A DNA stretch of 20,000 nucleotides from Priapulus caudatus (lineage: Eukaryota): NCBI RefSeq assembly GCF_000485595.1, contig NW_014577087.1, positions 135,634-155,633 on the forward strand, written 5' to 3'. A program made the translations under genes and the position numbers. Shown one piece after another: positions 10,749-20,000 of the stretch. Position 1 is the stretch's first letter, and each line of letters opens with the position of its first letter. Under the pieces are notes generated by a model that worked only from the letters and a program-made list of their open reading frames with translations, had not been told where the DNA came from and made no database searches.

Positions 10749-11948
10749 CTACTCATCCAGCGGCCCATTCGTTCACTCGTTTAGTTGCTCACTTCTGCTA
10801 TTTTTAACCAATTTTAAGTCATGATAATAGATCTGCGCATCTTCCCGTGGCGACGTAATTTCCCCATATTCTACTTGTGCGCACAGTCAGCTACAGAGCG
10901 AATGCAGTTATTTACCTAATTACTGAGGACCCCACAAATGGGCCAGCCATGAGAACCAACTCGCCAAATTCTCCGCGCGCTTTTCTCGTAAACGTTCTAA
11001 TTCGCAAATTTATATGCCGCCGAGCGGGACTCGTCGCGAGCAAGCAGCGACGCACTGCGGTGAGATGCGGAGGCTGCAAGAATGTCTTCCGTGAGGCGTT
11101 CACGCACATACCAGCTGCTGTGATGCGAAGATGAAAGACAGACGTGTATACGGCACGAAACGTGGAAAATTTAAAAGACCGGTAGACCGGTCCGCGTCAC
11201 AGCGGAAGGAAACTCGGTGAATCGCCACATCGTGATATTGTCATGCATATTTATAATGGTTTATGCACGCGTTATTTCCAAGGATTCTACGAAATCACAT
11301 TTCATGGGCGAAGAAATTGAAATTTTCCACATGGCCGAGCTGGCGAATGTGTCAAAGTAAGACATATTAAATCATAATGAGCGCCAAGGGCAGAATGCCT
11401 CTTCTCCAATCGCTCTACATGCTGACTCGCCATCACTCCTGTTCGAATGTTTTTTCTCTCTCGGCCCACATCAATCTCTCGTTTATCTTATCCTCCTCTT
11501 CCCCTTCCCATGCTTCATATCCTATGTTTCTCCTGTATTCTATCGCTTCTCTCTGTCTTTTCTAAACTCTTCCACTGCCTCCTATTCTCTTTCTATTTCA
11601 CCCTTCTCGCTCCATATTCTTCGCATAGCCTTTTTTACCATTCGTCTCTTTCCTCTCCCGTCCCGACCAATGCCATGGGACCAATCGTCGTACTGCGACG
11701 TTTCCCCATGGGGGAGAAATGATCTCAGTTCTCACGTGCCACATGTTATTATCGGTATGCCTTGACCTCGCTTAACCCGATCAATCGGTTCGTCTTCTTG
11801 TTTATGAATTATCCACCGCGAGAGAGAGAGAGATAGAGGGAGAGAGAGAGCGAGAGAGCGAGGGAGAGAACGACTGCGCAAATGAGCTCGAAAGCAGGAG
11901 AGAAAGAAAGAGAAATAGAGAGAAAGAAAAAGGGAGACAGCCAGAGAT

Positions 11949-12306
11949 GGAGGATTGGATCGAAGACCCCCTCCGGCTGCAGTCACACGTCGTCGTAAGA
12001 GAGCTCGCGAGAGTTTTTTCGTTGGCTGATGCTTTGTCGCGCGCACGGGGCATCTATTGTCGGAGCGCCGCCAGAATATACAGCCGTGGGGGAAGCGATC
12101 GCTCGCGTGAGGTTGGAGTGGCGTACCGAGTGCGCATGCGCACGTTCGACGATGACGGCATTTTTACATCTCCTGCGTGCATTCGGCTGGCTGTGTAAGT
12201 TCTCTCGCGGTCGCGGCGAGTCGGTGTGTCGGAATAAGGGTGGGCGGGGTGATGGGATGGCTGAGGGTCGGGGTCACGACCCTATTACCCCATTGCAACA
12301 CCGATG

Positions 12307-12345
<39 letters not shown>

Positions 12346-13371
12346 TAACATGCCATTCCATTCTTAGCCTCGAGATAAATCGTCTCTTATCATGAAAAAA
12401 TAATGAAACTCACACACAGCATTTGGAAAACCACCAACAAATAGATCGTGCCTGAAGAAAAAATGTTCGATGGGTGGGGCTTATTTTCGCGTGATATTCA
12501 CGCGCTCACACACACACGCACACACACACGCACACACACACACACACACGACGCACACACACGCGCGCGCACACACACACGCACACACACGAACGCACAC
12601 ACGCGCGCACACACACGAACGCACCTCGCCGCTATTAAATCCTCCTCGCCCCGAATCTAGAAATCTGTGCGACGTGTGTGAAGCCTGAGTTCCCGCAAGC
12701 GCGCGCCACGCCGACCGATTTCCTCCGTATGTATAAATGTCCCTATTTAATCTTCGAGACACAGAACATAACTTCTCGCGCGGCAGTCGTGTGTGTGCGC
12801 GACCGACCACCCGGCTTGCCAGCGTTGTCGGTCTTCGCGTATGAATGTCAGATTTTAATTGGCATCAAAGTGGTTTCGCTTGGCCTGCGCGCTTTTACTA
12901 TCACTTACTGTCGGCTTGCTATTACGGAACGTGTAGGTTTTGCGGCAGACAAAGGAGTTGCCTCGCCAGTCAGGCTACACTTGGTTCGGTCATCCGGCCA
13001 CGGATAGCACATACCGCTGGTTACCAGGGCGTACCATATGAAAGTTTCATTGCAGCTCGCTCTTGCATGCGCCGTGCGTGTACGAACTTGCACGCTTGTG
13101 TGCGTATGTATGTACGCAACTTATATGTCAATATGCAGTGTAACAGGGTAGATGTTTTGTTAACTACTAGTAGTTGTTAATCACCCAGGTAGAAATAATA
13201 AACATTTGTCTAGACTCTCGTGTATTGAACTCTTTTAATTAGACAACAGTAGTACAATGATTATGACATACGATCATAAATAGATGGCATGAAGCCAGTG
13301 CTATTAGGTAGTCACTCACTCACTCACTCACTCACTCACTCACTCACTCACTCACTCACTCACTCACTCAC
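11949..13371 (+). repeat. Copy 2 of the ~1.4-kb duplication (empty site for the foldback element), ending in (TCAC)n and a gap
   Basis: Colinear with 8606-10524; differences are mostly single-base indels. Preceded by a GA-rich tract (11819-11948), as copy 1 is. Confidence 0.93.
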
Positions 13372-13662
13372 NNNNNNNNNNNNNNNNNNNNNNNNNNNNN
13401 NNNNNNNNNNNNNNNNNNNNNNNNNNNNNNNNNNNNNNNNNNNNNNNNNNNNNNNNNNNNNNNNNNNNNNNNNNNNNNNNNNNNNNNNNNNNNNNNNNNN
13501 NNNNNNNNNNNNNNNNNNNNNNNNNNNNNNNNNNNNNNNNNNNNNNNNNNNNNNNNNNNNNNNNNNNNNNNNNNNNNNNNNNNNNNNNNNNNNNNNNNNN
13601 NNNNNNNNNNNNNNNNNNNNNNNNNNNNNNNNNNNNNNNNNNNNNNNNNNNNNNNNNNNNNN
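13372..13662. other. Assembly gap (N run)
   Basis: Continuous Ns. Confidence 1.
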
Positions 13663-13744
13663 CGGGGAAATCAGTGGCGTTACTAAGTTGGTGACCGCTT
13701 GGTTGAAAAAAAAATACCTAAAAAAATCTAACTATCAATCTATT

Positions 13745-14037
13745 CATGCATCCATCTATGCATGCATCCATCCATCCATTCATCCATCCCATTACATGCC
13801 ATCTAATCCCATCCCATCGCACCGCATCCCATCCCATCTCATATCCCATCCCATCCCATCCCATCTCATCGCATCCCATGCCATGCCATCCCATTTCATC
13901 GCATCCCATGCCATCCCATGACATCCCATGCCATGCCATGCCATCCCATCGCACCGCATCCCATCCCATCCCATGCCATCCCATGCCATCCCATCCCATC
14001 CCATCGCATGCCATCCCACCCCATCCCATCCCATCCC
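13745..14037. repeat. (CATC)n grading into (CCATC/CCATG/GCATC)n pentanucleotide repeat
   Basis: Read directly from the sequence; explains the WDGMG/SHPIP pseudo-ORFs. Confidence 0.95.
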
Positions 14038-14167
14038 AAACAGTAAAAAATAATAAGAAATCAAAAGATAAAAGACATTAAAAATTAAAAATTAAAATAA
14101 AAAAATAAAAATTAGAAATAATACATACTAAAGAGGTAGGTAAAGGGGAAAAAAGGGGAAAAAAAGT

Positions 14168-14238
14168 TCCCCAGCAGGGACTCGAACACGGAAGCCCCGT
14201 GTAAGAGACGGATGTTCTAGCGATTAGGCCACTGCGCC
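14168..14238 (-). pseudogene. tRNA-derived sequence (tRNA pseudogene or SINE head) with Pol III A and B boxes and a T7 terminator-like run
   Basis: The minus strand reads GGCGCAGTGGCCTAATCGCTAGAACATCCGTCTCTTACACGGGGCTTCCGTGTTCGAGTCCCTGCTGGGGA (71 nt). A-box-like TGGCCTAATCG is at 14221-14231 and B-box GTTCGAGTCC at 14178-14187, followed by AC and TTTTTTT (14159-14165). The acceptor stem pairs at only 4/7, so it is not a canonical tRNA. Confidence 0.7.
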
Positions 14239-14404
14239 GTTAAGGATATACACCATGGATTTACACGTACGTGATGTTAATCTGTACGCACCGCCATCTA
14301 TTGATGAATAGAATTTTTATCAATTTTTAACTTTTTACTTTTTTTAAATTATTATTTTAGCCAGAACCACCTCCCAGATGTGCTGATTCTGAAAATATCT
14401 TTAG

Positions 14405-14540
14405 TTTTCCTCTAGGCTGCGGAGTTCTCTAGTTATGCGAGTACGGACTAATTCGGCTGAACAACTTTATATATATAGATTTTCCTCTAGGCTGCGGAGT
14501 TCTCTAGTTATGCGAGTACGGACTAATTCGGCTGAACAAC
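14405..14540. repeat. Perfect 61-bp direct repeat (14405-14465 and 14480-14540)
   Basis: TTTTCCTCTAGGCTGCGGAGTTCTCTAGTTATGCGAGTACGGACTAATTCGGCTGAACAAC occurs twice, separated by TTTATATATATAGA. Confidence 0.97.
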
Positions 14541-14782
14541 GAAATACGAATGCGAATACGAATGCGGCTGTATGGGGCGCGCAGGTCGCGCAGAATGCAT
14601 GTAATTGCCCGTTGCACAAGATTGGCGGTGCGCCAGCGCGCCTTTATCCGGCGCGCATTCACCGAGGCCCGGCTTACCTCATTAGGCAAGACAATGGCGC
14701 CGCGGGCACGCCGACCCGGGAAGGCCCGCGCGGCTAATCGTGCACTACTTCCATTCGTGTCCCGCGCGCTCCGCTGGCGGCG

Positions 14783-14818
14783 GCTGGGGATGCTGGGGAT
14801 GCTGGGGATGCTGGGGAT
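14783..14818 (+). repeat. (GCTGGGGAT)4 tandem repeat, G-quadruplex-type motif
   Basis: Four GGGG tracts at 14786, 14795, 14804 and 14813 with 5-nt loops. Confidence 0.9.
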
Positions 14819-15115
14819 GGTGCCCCGCGTGGCTTCCTTGCTTCATGCGATAGTTATCGTCTGCTGAAGTAGTGGGGGGGGGGCGTACATGGCTCGCGGT
14901 TGATCGCACCGGCGGGTATCAGCCCGCGGGAAACCTGCTAGACAGCCAACGATCGGTGTATGCCGAACATCGCTACAGGGCTGGCAGCACGTATGGGTGC
15001 CTGGTACGCTGCAGCGGGGGGGGGGGAGGGATGTATCGATTGTTGCTGGAATGTGATGAGTATGGTTCTCTTTCAGAAAGTTGGTGTGTGGTGGTTTGCT
15101 GCCTATACGCCTAGA

Positions 15116-15288
15116 TTTCTCTATCTTTCATCCTTCCTTCCCTATCGGTCTCTCTCTCTCTCTCTCTCTCTATTTCGATCTCTCCCACTCTCTTTCTTTC
15201 TTTCCTGTCTTTTTTTCTTTCATTCTATCTCTCTCTCTCTTCTCTCTCGCTCTCTAGCTACCACGCTCCCTGGCTTTCTTGCTCTCTC
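15116..15288. repeat. CT-rich polypyrimidine/(CT)n tract
   Basis: Interrupted CT runs. Confidence 0.85.
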
Positions 15289-15618
15289 GGTAAGATAGCG
15301 AATGTTGCACGACGGAAAGCGCTTTAATTTCCCGCACCATCTGAGCGGCATCAATAACCATCTACTGATGAGTTTGTAAGGCGACCTTCTTAAGGTGGCA
15401 GATCATTCTTCAAAGCTTCGTGATAAATTGCTCGAGCTGAGATGAGTTTCGCGTGTAAGCATGTTCCAGGCATCGAACCAAACGAAGAAAAAACCCACCT
15501 TCCACTGGTTTCAATCATAAACCAAATCAGTTTGAAAGCAGAATGTCATATGTGTTCCTTCCGTCTAACCTAATTGCGTTAACCTAACACCGCAATTTTC
15601 GGAATGAGAGACTTGCTC

Positions 15619-15993
15619 GTGTGTGTGGGTGCGCGTGTGTGCGCGTGTGTGTGCATGAGTGCGCGCGTGTGCACGTGTGTGTGCATGAGTGCGCGCGTGT
15701 ACACGTGTGTGTGAGTGCGCGTGGTTTCTACGTGGATACGTATGTATGCATGTGTGTATGTGTGTGTGTGCGCGTGAGTGAGTGCGCGTGTGTGTGAGTG
15801 CACGTGTGTGTGAGGGCGCGTGTGTGCATGTGCGTGTGAGTGCGCGTGTGTGCACGTGTGCGTGAGTTCGCGTGTGTGCACGTGTGTGTGAGTGCGCGTG
15901 GGTTCCTGTGTGCGTACGTGTGTATGCATGTGTTTGTTTGTGTGTGTGCGTGCGTGCGTGCTTGCGTGCGTGCGTATGTGCGTGCGTGTGTGT
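15619..15993. repeat. Degenerate (GT)/(GC) alternating purine-pyrimidine repeat
   Basis: GTGT/GCGC/GTGC mosaic with short internal duplications. Confidence 0.9.
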
Positions 15994-16364
15994 CAAGGCT
16001 GCGAATAGATTCAACTGAACGGCCGCTAGTCTCCCTCCGATCAGCTGCCTCGTGGACGTTCGTTCTCTTGATGAGTTTTTTTCCGAAACGGAAAACGTTA
16101 ATATCGAGTTTACGATTCATAATTAAACTCATTTCGCGTAAGATTGTTCATTCTTTTGATCTTCGAAGAAGCGACGAAAGACTCTTTGATAATATAGAAA
16201 GTTATTTTTTTGGGACATTCAATTTCATTGCAGGTTTAGCTCAACTGAGAAACTGTGGTTATGCTGTTATCGCATCGTATTGGGAACGTGCCGCACGCAG
16301 GCATGTAAACGCTTCTATGAGATATAATCAGGAGTGAATAATAGGGAATCTCTACACACCTACG

Positions 16365-16367
<3 letters not shown>

Positions 16368-16395
<28 letters not shown>

Positions 16396-17008
16396 NNNNN
16401 NNNNNNNNNNNNNNNNNNNNNNNNNNNNNNNNNNNNNNNNNNNNNNNNNNNNNNNNNNNNNNNNNNNNNNNNNNNNNNNNNNNNNNNNNNNNNNNNNNNN
16501 NNNNNNNNNNNNNNNNNNNNNNNNNNNNNNNNNNNNNNNNNNNNNNNNNNNNNNNNNNNNNNNNNNNNNNNNNNNNNNNNNNNNNNNNNNNNNNNNNNNN
16601 NNNNNNNNNNNNNNNNNNNNNNNNNNNNNNNNNNNNNNNNNNNNNNNNNNNNNNNNNNNNNNNNNNNNNNNNNNNNNNNNNNNNNNNNNNNNNNNNNNNN
16701 NNNNNNNNNNNNNNNNNNNNNNNNNNNNNNNNNNNNNNNNNNNNNNNNNNNNNNNNNNNNNNNNNNNNNNNNNNNNNNNNNNNNNNNNNNNNNNNNNNNN
16801 NNNNNNNNNNNNNNNNNNNNNNNNNNNNNNNNNNNNNNNNNNNNNNNNNNNNNNNNNNNNNNNNNNNNNNNNNNNNNNNNNNNNNNNNNNNNNNNNNNNN
16901 NNNNNNNNNNNNNNNNNNNNNNNNNNNNNNNNNNNNNNNNNNNNNNNNNNNNNACACACACACACACACGCACGCTCGCGACGCACGCACGCACGCACAC
17001 ACACACAC

Positions 17009-17046
<38 letters not shown>
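16368..17046. repeat. (CA)n, N gap (16396-16953), then (CA)n/(GCAC)n and (TA)n
   Basis: Read directly from the sequence. Confidence 0.95.
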
Positions 17047-17355
17047 TGTCTGATGAGAAGCTATGATGAACGTACGGTCTAATATATAACTATAATGTGA
17101 TATATACTAACGCATCTCGTTCTCTGGCGTTAGTTTACATCGTCGCTAACATTAGATCGGATGGTGGGCCGCGACGGGGCGGTGATGTTTCGACGGCGTC
17201 CGCTCGATAATTTTGTATTAATAATGTGTTCAATAATGTGACAATCTTCAATTCAGTCGGACTGGCTGAGTCACAATACCTTTTAGCAGTCGAAGCTGAT
17301 TCAGTGTATTTCGCCTGTGGCATCGACTGCTACACGTAGATGTATCCGCGGGCAT

Positions 17356-17397
17356 GTATATATATATATATATATATATATTCTGATATATATATAT
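17356..17397. repeat. (TA)n microsatellite, interrupted
   Basis: Two TA runs separated by a short TTCTG interruption. Confidence 0.9.
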
Positions 17398-18190
17398 GGC
17401 CACATGCTGCACGTATATATCTGGTCTGCGGTGCATAGTGAGCGTAAAGTCGGGATAAGTACATTAAGACCTAACCAGCGCCATCATTAGAATTTCAATA
17501 TTCGATTTCTTAAACGTAATCTTGAGCAATAAAACGCGGGTTTTCGCCGTGACATCGCGCTAATTACACGCTGACTAACTCAGCAACGCACGCACACAAC
17601 CGTAAGCATCGCACGCAGTCTCTCCTGGATCCACGCACGCAACGCGCATCTCAATTAGACGACAAAACTGCACGCGTAACTCTGTGTCGCGTCCAAAGCT
17701 CGGACTTTTGTTTGGCACTTACAGCGCACAGCGGCCGCCTTCCTGTAGAGTGTGCTGTAGAGACCACGTGCCATATTGCCTGCCATCGCGTAATTGTGTA
17801 ACGTGACATGAGCCGCGACCGCACTCCGGGGGTGATCGCGCACCACCTTGCTTTTACAGATAATTACTCCTCATCAAATTCTTCTGCCTGCGCGATCGGC
17901 TGCGGACTAAGCCGAAGACCGGCGCGCTTTCATGTTCCCTGTATGTGGGCGCGCCCCTATACATGCAGTCATCCGAGCGTCGCTGTAACTCGCAAGGAGA
18001 AACTAATGATTCTTTCTCTGCTAGATAGATCGTGACACGACTTTCCTTTTGCGAAGTGGGGTCGCTGGTGATTTGTTAATCGTTGCTAGCATCGTCTGCT
18101 TACTATAGTTCAAGCGGCAGCAGCGTTGATCACGGGGTTGACAGAGCCACAAGTTCCTGCATTAAGAGTCCGGTACACACGCACACGCGC

Positions 18191-18430
18191 ACACACGCGC
18201 ACACGCGCACATACGCACCTCACGTACGCGAGCATATGCACGCACAGGCACACGCGCATGCACGCTCCCGCACACGCGCACATACGCACCTCACGTACGC
18301 GTGCATATGCACGCACAGACACACGCGCATGCACGCTCCCGCACACACGCACATACGCATCTCACGTCCGCGTCCGCATGCACGCGCAGACACACGCGCA
18401 TGCACGCTCACGCCCACGCGCACACACGCA
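18191..18430. repeat. 71-bp minisatellite, ~3 copies, built from CA/CG-rich sequence
   Basis: ATACGCA(C/T)CTCACGT recurs at 18211, 18282 and 18353 (period 71). Confidence 0.88.
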
Positions 18431-18905
18431 AGCGCGCGCACACACATCGCGTGTGATGATGCACTCCACGCCTAGTTATTTAGCGAAAAAACTGAATTGG
18501 TTGAAAACGAATCTGAACAAGATTTTAAAACAAAGATCGCTAAAGTCGTTGCGGAGTTCCTGTCTCCGCTCTGAATTTCATTTCGCTTAGGTCGTTACGC
18601 GCAAATGAGAAACTAATTTTATTATAAATTCCGGCTGTTTAATTAAAAATCGGTTAAATTGGGATAATGTGCGAGGATCGCGCCAATCTATGGAAATTAT
18701 TATTAAAGAGACAAAACGTAAACGTCAATTAAAAGCCGAGAGGCGATGGCGGTGGTCCAGGTGGCGGCGGCGGTAGTACACGCGGCGGCGATCAAAAATA
18801 TTAGCGATTAGCGAATTAGCGGAGATACGATTCCAATTGTTCTGAGAATTCTTGCTACTATTATTGCTTTGATAGAAGTGGCTGCCGATATTTGTTTTCA
18901 GAGAT

Positions 18906-19038
18906 GTTGCTTCTGTTATTGTTGAAACAGGTTGCTTCTGTTATTGTTGAAACAGGTTGCTTCTGTTATTGTTGAGACGGGTTGATACTGTTATTGTTTT
19001 GAGAGTTGCTACTGTTATTTGTTTTGAAAGAGGTTGCT
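18906..19038. repeat. 25-bp minisatellite GTTGCTTCTGTTATTGTTGAAACAG, ~5 copies
   Basis: Units start at 18906, 18931, 18956, 18981 and ~19005; more degenerate units lie upstream from ~18852. Confidence 0.92.
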
Positions 19039-19838
19039 CTTCAATTGCTTACGCAACCAGCGACATTGCGGTGTCTTTAGTTGTTCGCTGCCAGTTTACT
19101 ATCTTTGACTGCCATCTTAGCTCGTTCAGAACAAATGGCTTTCTCGATTCAACATGACCGCACTATTGTCCTGTGAGAATTCCTCGTTCATCCGTAGGCA
19201 GTGAATGGCGAGTGTGCTTGGTCGACCGTGGCTGACATTACACATACACACTATTTGCGTTTCTTATCTCTCGGTTAGATGAGATCGGGGCACCTTGCTC
19301 GATTCAACGTGCCCAGAATTAGGACTGATTCTGTCGAGCCATTAGGCGGACAAGAATCATTGCAGGTTGCGGCTATACTTAACCTAACGAGGTTGCTTAG
19401 TAAGTTATTGCTGCGGTGGAGCGTTATTCCCTATCGTTTCTCATGCAGCCTTGTCGGCCGATCACCGTATCGTGCCTAATTTGTTCATTTGTTCGTCTTT
19501 TCTTAGCGACGTTTTGTTGCTGGTAATGGCAGCGATAAGTCATAGTGTCTGTCACGAGGAGATTTTCCCATGAAGATAGGCAGGACACACAGTGGTGGAA
19601 GGGGTTTGTATAACGGTACCGTTTGTATAAGCACATAATTATGCTGTACACAATCGAATGTATGCGTGTACGCCCGCACGCCCGCACGCACGCACGCCCG
19701 CAAACACGACTGTACGTACGTACGTACGTAGCTTACATAAACACGTTATGAATGTCTAGGCGATCATAAAAGCTGTAATGTTTACCGTGTCTCACTCATA
19801 AAACGCGCAATACAGGTACGCACGCACGCGCACGCACG

Positions 19839-19841
<3 letters not shown>

Positions 19842-19909
<68 letters not shown>
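19842..19909. repeat. (CA)n microsatellite
   Basis: Perfect run. Confidence 0.97.
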
Positions 19910-19911
<2 letters not shown>

Positions 19912-20000
19912 CGTCGTCTCGCGCGACGACGACGTCGTAGTACTACACTCCACTACTACTACTATTACTTCTCTACTACGTTCGACCCGAACGTAAATTA

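Larger units (their letters stand above)
13683..14479 (-). mobile_element. Putative non-autonomous Helitron-like element
   Basis: The minus strand begins A|TCTATATATATAAAG...CGCATAACTAGAGAAC...ATTTTCAGAATCAGC, a 5'-TC after A and an AT-rich head like invertebrate non-autonomous Helitrons. The candidate end is ...ACCAAGCGGTCACCAACTTAG|T, a CTAG-like terminus with only a weak hairpin. It has an internal microsatellite. Confidence 0.55.

Noticed and set aside
10923..10945. Hammerhead ribozyme core (CTGAGGA plus CCCA-CAAA-TGGG stem); also CTGATGA at ~15365 and ~17050
   Set aside because: The required GAAA after stem II and the flanking helices are absent.
8606..13371. LTR retrotransposon (two long direct repeats)
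   Set aside because: No TG...CA termini, PBS, TSD or gag/pol remnants are evident, and the boundaries fall in microsatellites.
14168..14238. Functional tRNA gene
   Set aside because: The acceptor and T stems are mispaired and the anticodon cannot be assigned reliably; it is kept only as tRNA-derived.
16234..16337. Possible exon after the acceptor-like TTTCATTGCAG
   Set aside because: It is an isolated splice-like site with a short unrecognisable peptide, and cannot be supported without RNA-seq.
18906..19038. CRISPR array (GTT-starting ~25-bp repeats containing GAAAC)
   Set aside because: The units are head-to-tail without unique spacers, there are no cas genes, and the context is eukaryotic.

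Overview
Eukaryotic, repeat-dominated non-coding window from a draft assembly with four N-gaps. CpG is plentiful, which suggests an invertebrate-like animal genome (inference). No protein-coding gene is supportable: the long ORFs are translations of microsatellites or gaps. The real structure is a set of small non-autonomous transposons. (1) A 203-bp MITE (2760-2962) has 41-bp TIRs, an apparent 8-bp TSD and a core of TTAGGG telomeric repeats. (2) A 382-bp foldback element (8757-9138) has ~95-bp TIRs and an exact 8-bp TSD. It contains the core and right arm of the telomeric-repeat MITE, and its empty site is visible in the second copy of a local ~1.4-kb duplication. (3) A minus-strand Helitron-like element (~13683-14479) carries a tRNA-like Pol III cassette and a pentanucleotide repeat. 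(4) A ~2-kb 9-bp satellite has a unit resembling an amplified Helitron 5' terminus. Parts of the window look like noisy gap-fill or duplicated haplotype sequence.
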